Positions 52,889 to 64,000 of a DNA stretch of 64,000 nt are shown in pieces. Both the position numbers and the translations under genes were made by a program. The notes beneath the pieces were generated by a model. It was not told the origin of the DNA and did no database searches. It saw only the letters and a program-made list of their open reading frames with translations. Source of the stretch: an uncultured Rhizobiaceae group bacterium. GTDB taxonomy: Bacteria > Pseudomonadota > Alphaproteobacteria > Rhizobiales > Rhizobiaceae. Positions within the stretch are counted from its first letter, which is position 1; each line of letters starts with the position of its first letter. The stretch lies in NCBI GenBank assembly GCA_937958815.1, contig CALGMR010000001.1:96300-160299 (forward strand), read 5' to 3'.

Positions 52889-54319
52889 TTACGCACCCTG
52901 CGCCGATTCAATTTCAAAGGTCTGTAACAAATCATCTATCAAGCGAGCAAACGCCATGCCCAATGAGGCCTTGGCCATAATCACATCACCGCCGATCAAA
53001 TCAGACTTGATCCCTTCGATCAGATCATCGATTTTCTCGGCATGGGTCGTGCCTACTTTGCCCTTTAGGGCTTCGTTTAACGACTGCATTTCCGGGCCAG
53101 CGAGGTACACTTTGTCGATACCATGCTCAATCACCGCATCAGCTATACCTGCGTGCAGGTCTTTTGATGTTGGCCCCAGTTCCAACATATCGCCCATCAC
53201 CGCAATGCGACGCCCCCGCCCTTTTACATTTGCCGCTGCCAACAAGGCCAGTGCAGCACGCATGCTTGTTGGGTTGGCGTTGTAGCTTTCATCGATCAGA
53301 ATAATTCGACCGTCGCGATGGGCTAGACGATGTCGTTGGCCGCGGCCTTTGACGGCTTCAAGGTCGGCAAGTGCCAGCCCAGATTTTGCCAAATCAGCAC
53401 CAAGCAATTTGCAGGAAGCCAACACAGCAAGCGCGTTTTGCGCAATATGACGCCCCGGCGCACCAACCTTCACGACCATCTCATCGCCCATCACATTTGC
53501 AGTGAGGCATGAGCATGTGCCGTGCAGCACCAGTTTATCCATATGAACGTCAGCGCCAACTGCTTCACCAAAAGTAACGATGTTCGACACACCTACTTTT
53601 TCAGCGAGTTCACGTTGCAATGCGATGCGTTCATCGTCAGCGTTTAAGACTGCTGTGCCACCTTCGATAAGACCATTGAAGATTTCGCATTTCGCATGTG
53701 CAATCTCATCAACGTTTTTGAATGCGCCAAGATGAACTGCAGCAACATTGTTGATGATCGCCACATGAGGTTGCGCCATTTTCACAAGCGGAGTGATTTC
53801 ACCTGGGTGGTTCATGCCAATTTCAATCACACCGAAATCAGTGTCCTTTGGCATGCGCGCCAAAGTCAGCGGCACGCCCCAATGATTGTTAAAGGAAGCG
53901 ACAGCAGCGTGAACCTTACCACTTGCAGAAAGTGCTGTGCGCAAAGCTTCTTTGGTCGTTGTTTTGCCAACGCTGCCTGTCACAGCAACAATTTTCGCTT
54001 TCGTACGCGCTCGCGCTGCACGACCTAAATTTTCCAGCGCGACCAACACATCATCTACAACAAGCAGCGGCCCGGTTTCGCCTTCCAAGCGATCAAGCCA
54101 ATTTTCGGCAACGACGCTCACACCAGCACCCGCTGTACAGGCATTGGCCACAAATTTATGGCCGTCATGCACGTCGCCTTTGATGGCAAAATACGCCTCG
54201 TCAGTTTGAATGGTGCGTGTATCGATGGACAGACCTGTTACATCATTGGCCACCTCACCAACCAAACGGGCGTTCATCGCTTTTTCTAAATCTGCGATTG
54301 TCCAAAGCGAACGGCTCAT
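52889..54319 (-). CDS. murF: UDP-N-acetylmuramoyl-tripeptide--D-alanyl-D-alanine ligase
   Basis: 476 aa, Mur ligase family ([12 protein letters not shown]). It sits in the dcw position of murF. Confidence 0.95.
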   Translation of the reverse strand: MSRSLWTIADLEKAMNARLVGEVANDVTGLSIDTRTIQTDEAYFAIKGDVHDGHKFVANACTAGAGVSVVAENWLDRLEGETGPLLVVDDVLVALENLGRAARARTKAKIVAVTGSVGKTTTKEALRTALSASGKVHAAVASFNNHWGVPLTLARMPKDTDFGVIEIGMNHPGEITPLVKMAQPHVAIINNVAAVHLGAFKNVDEIAHAKCEIFNGLIEGGTAVLNADDERIALQRELAEKVGVSNIVTFGEAVGADVHMDKLVLHGTCSCLTANVMGDEMVVKVGAPGRHIAQNALAVLASCKLLGADLAKSGLALADLEAVKGRGQRHRLAHRDGRIILIDESYNANPTSMRAALALLAAANVKGRGRRIAVMGDMLELGPTSKDLHAGIADAVIEHGIDKVYLAGPEMQSLNEALKGKVGTTHAEKIDDLIEGIKSDLIGGDVIMAKASLGMAFARLIDDLLQTFEIESAQGA

Positions 54320-55761
54320 TGTTTTGTCCCCAACGCATCTTTCAAGACTTCATGATCTGAAAACGGCAAGACGTGTTCGCCCACAATCTGCCCTTCTTCG
54401 TGTCCCTTGCCAGCAACCACAAGCGTGTCACCGGCTTCCAGCATTTGAACCGCTGTGTGAATGGCTTCAGCGCGGTCACCTATTTCCATAGCGTTTGGTG
54501 CCGCTTTCAAGATTTCAGCGCGAACCTGACCAGCATCTTCTGTACGCGGGTTGTCGTCAGTCACAATGACCGTGTCTGCAAGACGATTGGCAATTTCACC
54601 CATAATTGGACGCTTGCCCTTGTCGCGGTCACCGCCACAGCCAAACATGAGAACGAGTTTACCTGTTGTGTAAGGACGCAGAGCTTCCAGCACATTTTCC
54701 AATGCCTCGGGTTTATGGGCATAATCCACATATGCAGGTGCACCATTTGAGGTTTGGCCGACAAGTTCCAGCCTCCCGGGAGCCCCCTTCAAAGTTTCTA
54801 GCGCGGCAAAAGCAACGGCAACAGGCGTGCCCGTTGCAATGGCCATTCCTGCGGCCACAAGACCATTGGCCAATTGAAATTCCCCTGCCATTGGCAAAGT
54901 CAGCCGATGGATTTTGCCCTCAAATTCAACTTCAGCCACTTGGGAAAACCGGTGTTGCTCCACACGTTTGAGCGCGAGATATTTTCCATCACGACCAACA
55001 GTTTTGACTTCCAATCCAGCGTCAGTAGCAGCCTCTATTGCAGGCGCTGAATAGTCATCATCGGCATAAATCACTGCAGGTTGGCCAGAATTCATCAACC
55101 CTGAAAACAAACGCATTTTCGCAGCCAAATAGTCTTCAACTGTTGGATGGTAGTCCAAATGATCACGACCCAGATTTGTGAATCCGGCAACAGCAAGACG
55201 CACACCGTCCAAACGGCGCTGATCCAAGCCATGAGAAGAAGCTTCCATGGAGCAATGGGTGATGCCATCACTTGCCAGTTCATCCAGCAGTTCGTGCAAG
55301 CGAACCGGATCAGGCGTGGTGAGCGAGCCATAATCACTGCGCTTTCGTGTAAACACACCCGTCGTGCCAATCATCGCTGCTTCGTTGCCAGCGTGTTCCC
55401 AAATTTGACGCAGAAATGTCGCCACCGATGTTTTGCCTGCAGTGCCCGTGATTGCAGCAATTAGTTTAGGTTGGTTGGAATAAAAACGCGCTGCCATCTT
55501 CGCCAAAGCAAGGCGGGGGTCATCTGCCAAAACAACTGGCAATCCGATATCTGCAACGTCTGTTTGTTGGTCGACAAGAACGGCTGCAGCACCATTTTCA
55601 AAGGCAGCTTTTATGAATTGGCTGCCATCCACATTCACGCCCGCCATAGCCGCAAAAAGAAAGCCTGCTTTGATTTGTCGAGAATCTGCCGAAATGCCAG
55701 CAATATCGGCATCACCTTGGATCAAACGGCATTCGGGGCCAATGAGGTCAGATAGTTTCAT
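54316..55761 (-). CDS. murE: UDP-N-acetylmuramoyl-L-alanyl-D-glutamate--2,6-diaminopimelate ligase
   Basis: Mur ligase with ITGTAGKTS and a DNPR motif ([10 protein letters not shown]). The stop overlaps the murF start. The ATG at 55761 is preferred over the TTG at 55779. Confidence 0.95.
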   Translation of the reverse strand: MKLSDLIGPECRLIQGDADIAGISADSRQIKAGFLFAAMAGVNVDGSQFIKAAFENGAAAVLVDQQTDVADIGLPVVLADDPRLALAKMAARFYSNQPKLIAAITGTAGKTSVATFLRQIWEHAGNEAAMIGTTGVFTRKRSDYGSLTTPDPVRLHELLDELASDGITHCSMEASSHGLDQRRLDGVRLAVAGFTNLGRDHLDYHPTVEDYLAAKMRLFSGLMNSGQPAVIYADDDYSAPAIEAATDAGLEVKTVGRDGKYLALKRVEQHRFSQVAEVEFEGKIHRLTLPMAGEFQLANGLVAAGMAIATGTPVAVAFAALETLKGAPGRLELVGQTSNGAPAYVDYAHKPEALENVLEALRPYTTGKLVLMFGCGGDRDKGKRPIMGEIANRLADTVIVTDDNPRTEDAGQVRAEILKAAPNAMEIGDRAEAIHTAVQMLEAGDTLVVAGKGHEEGQIVGEHVLPFSDHEVLKDALGTKQ

Positions 55762-55787
55762 AAATTCGCCGTTCTTCAAATTCCAAC

Positions 55788-57506
55788 TTACCGCCGATAC
55801 GACGACAAAATGGCAGTATCACGGACACGAAAATCTGGTTTCACGCCAAGCAGTGGAGCAGATCTTTTGACGATGCTCGCCACCGTTGGTGCTGCATTCA
55901 TGCCAGCAGTTGCATAACGCTGCCCTTTTTCCGGTTTTGGCTCGTCCACAATAACGAGAACCACATAACGCGGGTCTGTCACAGGAAAGGCCGAAAGAAA
56001 CGCGTTGAACCGTTTGGCGCGTGAATATTTCCCATTCACAACCTTTTCTGCCGTGCCTGTTTTGCCGCCCACCAAGAAACCCGGCACTTCGGCACGTTTG
56101 CCCGACCCTTTCAACACATTCAAACGCATGAGGTAGCGCATCAGATCGGTGGTATTTGGTTTCAAGACCTGCTTAGAAAGCGCGATGGCTTCTTGTTCTG
56201 TTCTGGGAAAGAGCGTTGGTTTTAATAGCTTGCCGCCATTCACCAATGCAGCAGCAGCCACCGCTGTTTGAAGCGGCGTCGTAGAGACACCATGCCCATA
56301 AGAAATGGTGATTGAATTCACCTTCTTCCATTTCTTAGGCTCGCTTGGTTTTGCAATTTCTGGCAGTTCAAGGCCGTCCATTTTGTCGAGCAAGCCAAGG
56401 CTTTTCAAGAAGTCGCGATGACCTTCAATCCCCACAACATCAGCCATTTTTGCTGTGCCGATATTGGAAGAATAAATGAACACTTCTGGCACCGATAAAA
56501 TTCGTTTCTTGCCGTGAAAATCATTGATGCGGAACCGACCAATTTTCAAAGGTTTGCGCGCATCAAAACGGCTGTTAATGCCCACTTTCCCGGAATCCAA
56601 AGCCATTGCTGTGGTGAACATTTTGAAGGTCGAGCCCATTTCATAGGCGCCGCCCGACATGCGGTTCAACTGGTCTTTACGCAGCTTTTTGTTCAGCGTA
56701 TTCGGATTGTAATCTGGCAAAGAAGACATGGCGACGATTTCGCCGGTATGGACATCAAGCACTACGCCAGCCGCACCGATTGCCCGATATTTTTCCATCG
56801 CTTCGCTCAATGCTTCACGTACAAAATGTTGCACACGCAGATCGATAGAGAGTTTTACAGGCTCCAACTCCTGCTTCACATCAAAGCCGGAATTATGAAG
56901 ATCCTTGAGCCAAGTGTCGTCCAGATGTTTTTCAATGCCTGCAATTCCCTGACTGTCGATATTTGTCAGCCCCAAAATATGAGAAGCCGTTTCTCCACCT
57001 GGGTAGTAGCGTTTACTTTCGCCACGAAAGCCAATTCCAGGCAGTCCCAGCGCAAGAATATCCGCCTGTTGGCGCGGTGTGATTTCACGTTTGATCCACA
57101 CAAACCCCTGCCCGCTTTTCAATCGACGCATTGTTGTGTCGAAATCCAGTTTCGGCAAAACGGTGGTGAGCGCTTCATATGTCTCATCAGGGTTTTCAAT
57201 TTCACGAGGTTCGGCAAACAAAGACTGGACTTGAATGTCCAGCGCCATCGTTTGGCCGTTGCGGTCCAAAATGCGAGGCCGCGCCGCCGTCAACGCAATA
57301 TTGGACTTGTTGCGCGCGATAGGGCTTTGTTCTGCATTCATCGCCAGATAAATCAGGCGTCCTTCAATGATCAAAAACATCATTGCAACACCAGAAATCA
57401 CAACAACAATTCGGTCGCGGGTCTGGGACACCAGATCACCTGATGGCGCAACAGGTTTCAACAAACCTTTGGCGAGACGACGCAGTGATGTCAGCACATT
57501 TTGCAT
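55788..57506 (-). CDS. ftsI: peptidoglycan D,D-transpeptidase FtsI (PBP3)
   Basis: 572 aa. An N-terminal TM helix and PBP dimerisation domain are followed by a transpeptidase domain with the STFK, SSN and KTGTA motifs. Confidence 0.95.
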   Translation of the reverse strand: MQNVLTSLRRLAKGLLKPVAPSGDLVSQTRDRIVVVISGVAMMFLIIEGRLIYLAMNAEQSPIARNKSNIALTAARPRILDRNGQTMALDIQVQSLFAEPREIENPDETYEALTTVLPKLDFDTTMRRLKSGQGFVWIKREITPRQQADILALGLPGIGFRGESKRYYPGGETASHILGLTNIDSQGIAGIEKHLDDTWLKDLHNSGFDVKQELEPVKLSIDLRVQHFVREALSEAMEKYRAIGAAGVVLDVHTGEIVAMSSLPDYNPNTLNKKLRKDQLNRMSGGAYEMGSTFKMFTTAMALDSGKVGINSRFDARKPLKIGRFRINDFHGKKRILSVPEVFIYSSNIGTAKMADVVGIEGHRDFLKSLGLLDKMDGLELPEIAKPSEPKKWKKVNSITISYGHGVSTTPLQTAVAAAALVNGGKLLKPTLFPRTEQEAIALSKQVLKPNTTDLMRYLMRLNVLKGSGKRAEVPGFLVGGKTGTAEKVVNGKYSRAKRFNAFLSAFPVTDPRYVVLVIVDEPKPEKGQRYATAGMNAAPTVASIVKRSAPLLGVKPDFRVRDTAILSSYRR

Positions 57507-57892
57507 TAGTTACCGTTCTCCCGTTCGATAATTGCATCAATACCGCCAGTCACGATGTCATCGTTTTCATTCGCGTAGATTTCTTCGGTTGGCGCATCAC
57601 GATCCACTCTGAAACCGGGAAGTTCAGACAATTGTATGATTTGACTTGAAGACAATTCACGCAGTCCGAGCTGTTCTTTGAACTGTTCAGCAACCTTCTC
57701 AAGACGAGCAGGTGAAATGTCGATGGCCCAATCAGCTTCCAGCAACGCAATTTTGCGATCTTGCGCCTTAATCTGCGAATGCAAGCTGGCAATACGCTTA
57801 GCCGATTGATCAGCCTCATGTTTGATCTGGTATGTCCAAATCGCCCCGCTGATAGCAGCTGCAACAAGAATGGTATCGACTATGCGGATCAT
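57506..57892 (-). CDS. ftsL: cell division protein FtsL (alphaproteobacterial type)
   Basis: 128 aa with one N-terminal TM helix and then a coiled-coil region. Its position between rsmH and ftsI and its overlaps at both ends support the call. Confidence 0.8.
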   Translation of the reverse strand: MIRIVDTILVAAAISGAIWTYQIKHEADQSAKRIASLHSQIKAQDRKIALLEADWAIDISPARLEKVAEQFKEQLGLRELSSSQIIQLSELPGFRVDRDAPTEEIYANENDDIVTGGIDAIIERENGN

Positions 57893-58908
57893 CTCTTGCC
57901 TCCAGATGTGAGTTCAGCAAGGCGTGGCAAACCAAAGACCGAGCGATCAATGTCACCAACTGCGCATTCGGTTCTAATGGCGCTGCGCAGTTTTGCAGAC
58001 CGTGAACGCGGGTTAACATCAGCTTCGGTTTTTGATGCGGAAATCGCGCCACGCTTGATCTGCTTAAAAGTCAGCTCTTTCGTGTCGACCTGTGGTAGAT
58101 GACGACTGCCTCCACTGACTTCGCTTCGATCTTGCAGGAAACGTTTCACCAAACGGTCTTCCAAAGAATGAAACGTTACAACCACCAAACGCCCTCCGGG
58201 CTTCAAAACCCGTTCGGCTGCCAACAGAGCTTCTGCCAATTCGTCCAGTTCACGATTGACGAATATACGCAGTGCCTGAAATGTGCGCGTTGCCGGATGA
58301 ATGCGGTCTTTTGCCTTGCGGCTCAAAACATCTTCCACACATTTTGCCAATTGCAATGTCGTTTCAAACGGGCTTTTGGCGCGGCGTTCTGCAATTTCTG
58401 CAGATATACGCGAAGCCTGACGCTCATCGCCCAAAATGCCAATAATTCTCGTCAGGTCGGGGCGTTCAAATGTGTTGACCACATCCGCTGCCGTCGGCCC
58501 CTGCATTTCCATACGCATGTCCAAGGGACCATCTTTTTGAAAGGAGAACCCGCGTTCGGCCTGATCGATCTGCATGGATGAGACGCCAATGTCTGCAACC
58601 ACAGCATCCACTTGAGAATATCCGGCTTCATGGGCCAGTCGATCAAGATCGGAAAAACATCCATGGGACAAAATCAAACGGCCATCAAATTCTTCCACAG
58701 CGGACTGACCAGCCGCAATCGCTGTGGGATCACGATCGATTGCCACAACTGTAGCGCCTTCTTGCAAAATTGCACGGCTGTAACCACCGGCCCCAAAAGT
58801 AGCATCAATAGCAACTTCGCCTTTGGATAGATCCATAGCCTTCAGGACTTCCGGCAACATAACCGGAATATGAGGCGCATCATTTTGTGGGCTCACAGCC
58901 GAAGACAT
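57889..58908 (-). CDS. rsmH: 16S rRNA (cytosine1402-N4)-methyltransferase
   Basis: [20 protein letters not shown] and [10 protein letters not shown] motifs are present. The ATG at 58908 gives about 339 aa. The 52-codon upstream extension in the ORF track (GTG 59064) has no homology I recognise. Confidence 0.93.
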   Translation of the reverse strand: MSSAVSPQNDAPHIPVMLPEVLKAMDLSKGEVAIDATFGAGGYSRAILQEGATVVAIDRDPTAIAAGQSAVEEFDGRLILSHGCFSDLDRLAHEAGYSQVDAVVADIGVSSMQIDQAERGFSFQKDGPLDMRMEMQGPTAADVVNTFERPDLTRIIGILGDERQASRISAEIAERRAKSPFETTLQLAKCVEDVLSRKAKDRIHPATRTFQALRIFVNRELDELAEALLAAERVLKPGGRLVVVTFHSLEDRLVKRFLQDRSEVSGGSRHLPQVDTKELTFKQIKRGAISASKTEADVNPRSRSAKLRSAIRTECAVGDIDRSVFGLPRLAELTSGGKR

Positions 58909-59207
58909 CAAATCCAAGACTTCCTTAATTGCACCGCGAATATGGGACGGCTTAGCGGATTGTCGGGCATTCGCTCTCCACAAGCGGCTTGATGAATGTG
59001 AGACCCACCGAGGCCTAACAGCACCGATTTTCGATGACTGTTTCCATGCAACGGCACTCGACACAGTTCACAGCCCCCAAAATTTGCACAAAAGTGCTGC
59101 TTCAAAACATGTTGGACAAAAGACGCAAATCACCCTTTGACCGGTTAACCGAACATGAATCGAGAACGTTAAGGGTTCGTTTACAAAACCATTTTGAGGA
59201 AGAAAAA

Positions 59208-59607
59208 GTCAGCTGGCCTGTAAGCCGGGTTCTGTATCCCCTTTGACCCGAAGATCATTGAGGTGACGACCATTCGTCTGGGGTCTGCATTGCTGCACAC
59301 CTCATTGCGACCTACCCGAACACTCCCATCTGGAAACAGATTGGTTTTGCTTGCGCAAAACATGGTGTTCCTATTCGGTCTTGCTCCCGGTGGGGTTTAC
59401 CGTGCCATCTACATTGCTGCACATGCGGTGGGCTCTTACTCCACCTTTTCACCCTTACCTCAAAAGAGAGGCGGTTTATTTTCTGTTGCACTTTCCCTAG
59501 GGTCGCCCCCGCCGGGCGTTACCCGGCACCGTATTTCCATGGAGCCCGGACTTTCCTCTCTACACCACCTTTCGGCATTGTGCGGAGCGGCCGTCCAGCC
59601 AGCTGAC
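59208..59607 (-). ncRNA. rnpB: RNase P RNA, bacterial class A
   Basis: The reverse complement shows P1 pairing (gtcagctggctgg / ccaggccagctgac). It also carries the universal GAGGAAAGTCCGGGCTCC (P4 5' strand), AGGGTGAAA..GGTGAGTAAGAGCCCACC-type J11/12-P12 blocks, and ACAGAACCCGGCTTACAGGCC (P4 3' strand). Confidence 0.93.
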
Positions 59608-59640
59608 ACGTCTTTCTGCTCTGAAACCGTCAAGAGGTCA

Positions 59641-59677
59641 AAGAAAAACCCGACAGTCAGCAGACGATCGGGTTTTT
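59641..59677 (-). terminator. rho-independent terminator after the lytic transglycosylase gene, just upstream of rnpB
   Basis: aaacccga-N14-tcgggttt stem. On the minus strand it is followed by TTTTTCTT. Confidence 0.8.
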
Positions 59678-59700
59678 AAAATATCCAATATTTGCAGATC

Positions 59701-60462
59701 CTATCCGCGGCGCATGATCCGCGACACCCGTCGGCAATACTCGCGGCTGATGGGATTCATCTTTTTCGCGCCATGACCTGCATTGTATTTGAGGATAGCA
59801 CCGCAAGTGGTTTTGCCACCCAAGCGATAGGCCTTGCCCAAATATTTCATACCGAACTTTAAATTCGTGCTTGGGTTGTAAAGGTTCTTCATACGCCCTT
59901 TATATCCAATGAACCGAGCCGTGCGGGGCAAAATCTGCATCATACCAATTTCGCCAGCGCGACCACGTGCATTGGGGCGAAAGCCAGATTCAACTTCTAC
60001 AACGGCGAGTGCCAAACGAACTGGCACGCCTGCAGCGCGCGCATGTTTAGCAATTAGGTTGCTGTAGCGACCGCGTCTTCCTTGAAAACTTGGGCCCTTT
60101 GTGTAGCGAACTTTCGCGACCTTTTTAGAACCGCTTTTAGATTTCGCCTTCACAACTTTTTTCTTGGCAGCCGGATTTTTTGCAGCAACGTTTTGGCCAC
60201 CTGGACGTTTGACCAGAAAATTTCCAGCTTCGTTAGGGGGCAAGCCAGCAACTTTTGTATTTTGGGTCTGCTGCGTTGGCTTGACTATTAAAGACGCAGC
60301 TTCATTTCTGAATCGACCGGGCTCAACGCGTTTTTTCACCGGATCGCTGGAAACACTTGGACTGGCAAAGCTGCTAGACGTGCCAGACAATTGCGCCGTT
60401 TGGCAACCAGCCAGAAATACCGTCGCGCAAAGCGCAACCAAGCCAAAACCAAATTTACTCAT
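59701..60462 (-). CDS. lytic transglycosylase (SLT domain) lipoprotein
   Basis: Lipobox VFLAGC, a low-complexity Lys/Ala linker, and an SLT core (VEVESGFRPNARG..GEIGMMQILPRTA..YNAG). Confidence 0.88.
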   Translation of the reverse strand: MSKFGFGLVALCATVFLAGCQTAQLSGTSSSFASPSVSSDPVKKRVEPGRFRNEAASLIVKPTQQTQNTKVAGLPPNEAGNFLVKRPGGQNVAAKNPAAKKKVVKAKSKSGSKKVAKVRYTKGPSFQGRRGRYSNLIAKHARAAGVPVRLALAVVEVESGFRPNARGRAGEIGMMQILPRTARFIGYKGRMKNLYNPSTNLKFGMKYLGKAYRLGGKTTCGAILKYNAGHGAKKMNPISREYCRRVSRIMRRG

Positions 60463-60630
60463 AAACCAAAAACCCTTGAGATGGAGACCGCAGAAAATTT
60501 CAGCCTTCCCAATACGCCCTAGCGTAAACCAACTATTGATACTGCACCAAGGGGAGAATTTTGTCTAAATTGTGCCCCACTGAAGGGTTTTGGTCACAAT
60601 CTGTTACAAATTGCAACATTTCGCCCCTTT

Positions 60631-61392
60631 TCATTCATCTTCCATTTTTTGTCTCAAAAGATGCCGCAGTGTCTGGATTGTGGAATCATCCATCACACCG
60701 TCCACCAAATTCTGCCTAAAATGTCTTTGAAACGCCTCGACGACAATTTTGGTTTGGTGATCGAACACACCATTCACTTCTAGCCCATATCCATAAAGTG
60801 CCAAAAGAGCTTGAACCGCCTCGACAATGTCACCTCGATCGCCCTCTTGAAAGAATGGGCCTGAACTGCGAGCGACAGGTTCCACCCACAGACCAACACC
60901 TTTTTGCGCCAAATAGGCCCAATCAAAATTCTCTCCCGGATCTTCTTTGCGGCCCGGTGCGATGTCCGAATGTGCCAACACGCGATGAGAATGAATGGAA
61001 TGCCTGCGGATAATATCTTCGGACAATCGTACAACGGCGTCCATTTGAACTTGCGGAAAGTCAGGCAAACCACCGGGATGACCAGCATTCACAATTTCAA
61101 TCCCGATAGATCGTGAATTGATATCGTCCGAGCCTTCCCAAGTGCCGGCGCCCGCATGATGCGCGCGCTTCTCTTCCGGCACTAATTGAAGAATACGCCC
61201 GTCTTCCTGAACAAAATAATGGCAGGAAACACCGCTTTCTTCGCTGCACAACCATTTTAAAGCTCCGTCGCCATCGTTCATGCCAGTGTAGTGAAGCAAC
61301 AGAATGTCAGGATTTTCGACACCACGACGCTCGCCAAAATTAACGGCAGCTTGAGTGGCGGCAACACAATCGGAATCAGGCTCAAATGTCAT
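60631..61392 (-). CDS. N-acetylmuramoyl-L-alanine amidase (Amidase_2/AmpD-like) with a C-terminal peptidoglycan-binding domain
   Basis: 253 aa. ILLLHYTGM..HYFV..RAHHAG..SIGIEIVN..HSDIAP matches the amidase_2 zinc-site pattern. The C-terminal VQALLALYGYGLEVNGVFD is PG_binding_1-like. Confidence 0.88.
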   Translation of the reverse strand: MTFEPDSDCVAATQAAVNFGERRGVENPDILLLHYTGMNDGDGALKWLCSEESGVSCHYFVQEDGRILQLVPEEKRAHHAGAGTWEGSDDINSRSIGIEIVNAGHPGGLPDFPQVQMDAVVRLSEDIIRRHSIHSHRVLAHSDIAPGRKEDPGENFDWAYLAQKGVGLWVEPVARSSGPFFQEGDRGDIVEAVQALLALYGYGLEVNGVFDHQTKIVVEAFQRHFRQNLVDGVMDDSTIQTLRHLLRQKMEDE

Positions 61393-62129
61393 GTAGCGGC
61401 AACGATTCCGGAATCTCGAATGTTGCGGTGAGATTTCTCAATCACATCCCAAGCTGCGTTGAGCGCAGATACCCGGTCATTGGCAATCGACACAAATTCC
61501 GCTGGAACGCCCCGTGCAATCAGTCGGTCTGGATGGCTGTCCATCACCCGTTGTCGATAATGCCTTTTCAGTTTGTCAAAGGGCCAAGTTGGGTCAGCTT
61601 CCAAAACAGCATAAGGGTTTTCCCCTTCTGGTGTGACGTGCCGCAATTGAAGGCGTTCAAATTCCTGCTCGCTGAAACCGAACAAAATTGCAATTTCTTC
61701 TAAGAATAGAGATTCGTTCTCGTGAACCACACCATCCGCTTTAGCCACGTGGAACAGAGCATCCAGCACATCCCTCAAAATATCATCGTCTGAAGGGTCA
61801 TCGCCTGGAAACAGTCGCCGCACCTGACGCGCATAAGTGTCAAATCCAGCAACATCTTGTTTGGCGAGGTTGAAAAGACGTGAAACATTGGACAATTCTT
61901 CCTCTGGCACATGGAAGAATTCTTGAAATGCAGTCACTTCGTCGGGGGTTACAATTCCGTCTGCCTTTGCCATTTTTGCAGACAGAGCAATGATCGCCAC
62001 AGAAAATGCCACACGACGACGCGTTTCCAAATCGCCACTCACGAATGTACGCACACCCTCCACCACAGATGTGTAAGCACCTGAAACCAGAGTGGAGATA
62101 TATTCGCTAAGATCTGACCAAATCGACAT
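61389..62129 (-). CDS. djlA: DjlA-like co-chaperone (TerB-like N-domain + C-terminal J domain)
   Basis: 246 aa. The TerB-like region contains KADGIVTPDEV and KADGVVHENE. The C-terminal J domain reads NPYAVLEADPTWPFDKLKRHYRQRVMDSHPDRL, including the HPD motif. Confidence 0.8.
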   Translation of the reverse strand: MSIWSDLSEYISTLVSGAYTSVVEGVRTFVSGDLETRRRVAFSVAIIALSAKMAKADGIVTPDEVTAFQEFFHVPEEELSNVSRLFNLAKQDVAGFDTYARQVRRLFPGDDPSDDDILRDVLDALFHVAKADGVVHENESLFLEEIAILFGFSEQEFERLQLRHVTPEGENPYAVLEADPTWPFDKLKRHYRQRVMDSHPDRLIARGVPAEFVSIANDRVSALNAAWDVIEKSHRNIRDSGIVAAT

Positions 62130-62249
62130 GTGTTGGGCTTATACCACAACTCGTCAGTGTGAGAATAATTTCATGAAACTATTTGCTCATGAATTCGCAC
62201 CACAATATGACTGTTACATTATGCAGTTGCCCATTGATCGGATTTCAAA

Positions 62250-63137
62250 GTGGAGCGCGATCAACAACTTCGACGGAACAAACTCTTAGGACTGTTTTTG
62301 GGGATTGTGGGCGTCACAATTTTCAGTGGCACATTGCCCGCGACCCGCGTTGCGGTACAGAGTTTTGATGCTTGGTTTCTCACCTTTGGGCGAGCAGCGA
62401 TTGCTGCCGCTGCAGCTTCGGCCACGATCGCACTCATGCGAAAGCCTTTTCCAAAGCAACATGTTCGCGCTTTGCTTTTCATCGGTACGACACTGGTTTT
62501 TGGTTTTCCCGGTTTTGTTTCACTGGCCATGGTCACCGTCCCGTCGTCCCACGGTGGTGTTGTTCTTGGCATCCTTCCTTTGACAACAACAATTTTTGCC
62601 GTGCTCTTTGCAAAAGAACGCCCCTCGGCCCTGTTTTGGCTGTTGAGCATCATTGGCGCGATCATCATTTTCGCTTTCACATTTCGCGATGGCGGTTTTG
62701 GCTTTGAAACAGGAGATTTTTGGCTATTACTAGCAGGCCTTTCAGCTTCTGCGGGCTATGTGTTTTCCGGAAAGCTCAGCCATCACATGCCGGGCTGGGA
62801 AGTTATTAGCTGGTCATTGATATTGTGCGCGCCCATTTCGGTTGCGGGCACCATCTGGCTTTGGGAACCTCGGTATATCGCAGCGCCACTCAATCACAAT
62901 ATGGCGTTTCTATACGTGAGCCTTGGCTCCATGTTTCTAGGCTTTTTTGCTTGGAACACGGGTTTGAAACTGGGTGGGATTTCACGCGTGGGTCAATTGC
63001 AATTGCTTCAGACTTTTCTCACTTTGGGCATTGCAGCGCTTGTCTTAGGTGAAACCGTGACACTGGAAACCGTGGGCTACGCACTGGCTGTATTGATCGT
63101 CATCGTGGCCAGCCGCAAAGCACACGTCAAAACCTAA
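62250..63137 (+). CDS. DMT-superfamily (EamA-like) transporter
   Basis: 295 aa with 10 predicted TM helices in two EamA-type repeats. The start is a GTG. Confidence 0.8.
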   Translation: MERDQQLRRNKLLGLFLGIVGVTIFSGTLPATRVAVQSFDAWFLTFGRAAIAAAAASATIALMRKPFPKQHVRALLFIGTTLVFGFPGFVSLAMVTVPSSHGGVVLGILPLTTTIFAVLFAKERPSALFWLLSIIGAIIIFAFTFRDGGFGFETGDFWLLLAGLSASAGYVFSGKLSHHMPGWEVISWSLILCAPISVAGTIWLWEPRYIAAPLNHNMAFLYVSLGSMFLGFFAWNTGLKLGGISRVGQLQLLQTFLTLGIAALVLGETVTLETVGYALAVLIVIVASRKAHVKT

Positions 63138-63140
63138 GCC

Positions 63141-64000
63141 TCATTGATGCCCCATCACTGCGCGCGGTTTGTAGGGCGCTTCAAGCCGTCTGATTTGCCC
63201 TGCCGTCAACTTCACATCCAGTGATGAGATTGCCTCTTCAAGCTGATGCAATTTTGTTGATCCGACAATCGGAGCTGTCACATAGTCTTTTGAAAATACC
63301 CAGGCATAGGCCACTTGTGCAGGGCTCACATTCAATTCTGCCGCCACTTTTTGAACGCGATCTAGAATGCTGTAATCCTGCTTATTGCCGAACAACCCAC
63401 TCATTTTATCAGTCTTTGCGCGATTGGTCCCTTGGCCCGCAGCAGGCTTATTGCCTGCGAGAAACCCGCGCGCAATCGGACTCCAAGGAACAACCGCAAC
63501 ACCTTCTGCCGCGCAATAGGGCATCATTTCGCGTTCTTCTTCACGATAAGCGAGATTGTAAAAATTCTGCATGGCAACAAACGGCGTGAACCCAGCCGAG
63601 ATCTGCATTTCGCGCAACTTGGCAAATTGCCAAGCCCACATGGAAGAGGCTGCGGGGTATATGACCTTGCCCTGCCGCACCACCATATCCAACGCCTCCA
63701 GCATTTCTTCAAAAGGCGTATCGGCATCAAGGCGATGCACGTAAAGCAAATCGACATGATCCATCTGCAGTCTTTTCAAAGATGCATCCACCGTTTCCAC
63801 AATGTGTTTGCGTGAAAGACCTCTTTTGTTGGGCCTCTCTCCCATTGTCAGCCCAACCTTTGTCGCAACAACAATCTCGTCGCGTTTGGCATAATTCTTT
63901 AACATGCGACCCGTGATGTCTTCGCTGTCGCCATAATTGTAATGATCGGCGGTATCAAAAAAATTGATGCCTTTTTCGACGGCCAATTTGAAGAAGGGTT
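63141..64000 (-). CDS. aldo/keto reductase, 5' end beyond the right edge
   Basis: AKR motifs GINFFDTADHY, LYVHRLD and PWSPIARGFL are present. The frame stays open through position 64000 (..PFFKLAVEKGINFFDTA), so the TTG start given by the ORF track at 63986 is an artefact of the window edge. Confidence 0.9.
   Translation of the reverse strand, partial: PFFKLAVEKGINFFDTADHYNYGDSEDITGRMLKNYAKRDEIVVATKVGLTMGERPNKRGLSRKHIVETVDASLKRLQMDHVDLLYVHRLDADTPFEEMLEALDMVVRQGKVIYPAASSMWAWQFAKLREMQISAGFTPFVAMQNFYNLAYREEEREMMPYCAAEGVAVVPWSPIARGFLAGNKPAAGQGTNRAKTDKMSGLFGNKQDYSILDRVQKVAAELNVSPAQVAYAWVFSKDYVTAPIVGSTKLHQLEEAISSLDVKLTAGQIRRLEAPYKPRAVMGHQ

Noticed and set aside
58909-59064. 52-codon N-terminal extension of rsmH from the GTG at 59064, considered as a possible fused or degraded mraZ
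   Set aside because: The extension ([20 protein letters not shown]...) is Arg/Ser-rich with no resemblance to MraZ. The internal ATG at 58908 gives a canonical RsmH N-terminus.
59263-59679. 138-aa plus-strand ORF
   Set aside because: It is antisense to the RNase P RNA, whose conserved P4 and P1 elements account for the sequence.

Overview
The window is a mostly core chromosomal segment from an alphaproteobacterium. Evidence for that placement: a circularly permuted two-piece tmRNA, an alpha-type SspB, a class A RNase P RNA, and gene content and order resembling Rhizobiales/Hyphomicrobiales. Left to right it contains: a partial degP; hflK-hflC-DUF2065; thyA-folA; two DUF2853 paralogs flanking a YHS protein; ssrA (tmRNA) next to sspB; a 1255-aa AsmA-family protein; a GlcD-like FAD oxidase; a thioesterase; a ClC channel; an OmpR-type two-component pair; and uvrD. 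Then comes an AT-rich two-gene islet, followed by a membrane class III cyclase, malate synthase G, a PHB-depolymerase-like esterase, a CPA1 antiporter, prmA, DUF1127, aminopeptidase P, azlCD, ligA, recN, bamD and lpxC. Next is an almost complete dcw cluster (rsmH-ftsL-ftsI-murE-murF-mraY-murD-ftsW-murG-murC-murB ... ddl-ftsQ-ftsA-ftsZ) on the minus strand with rnpB just upstream. The right end carries a lytic transglycosylase, an amidase, a DjlA-like J protein, a DMT transporter and a partial aldo/keto reductase. I saw no rRNA, tRNA, CRISPR array, IS element or integrase. The best candidate for something undescribed is the low-GC islet at about 19.85-21.44 kb. It holds a 311-aa soluble protein translationally coupled to a 188-aa four-TM protein, and I recognise no family or catalytic motif in either. 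Secondary observations: an in-frame insertion of about 88 codons carrying a nested palindromic repeat inside uvrD; ssrA-sspB adjacency; a perfect TGTGCAGA direct repeat next to the response regulator gene; a TTAA-N7-TTAAC box upstream of lpxC; and a dcw cluster that lacks mraZ and is interrupted by two unrelated genes. The ORF track includes non-ATG starts and many antisense shadow ORFs. Several starts were moved to internal ATGs where homology or a Shine-Dalgarno sequence supported it.
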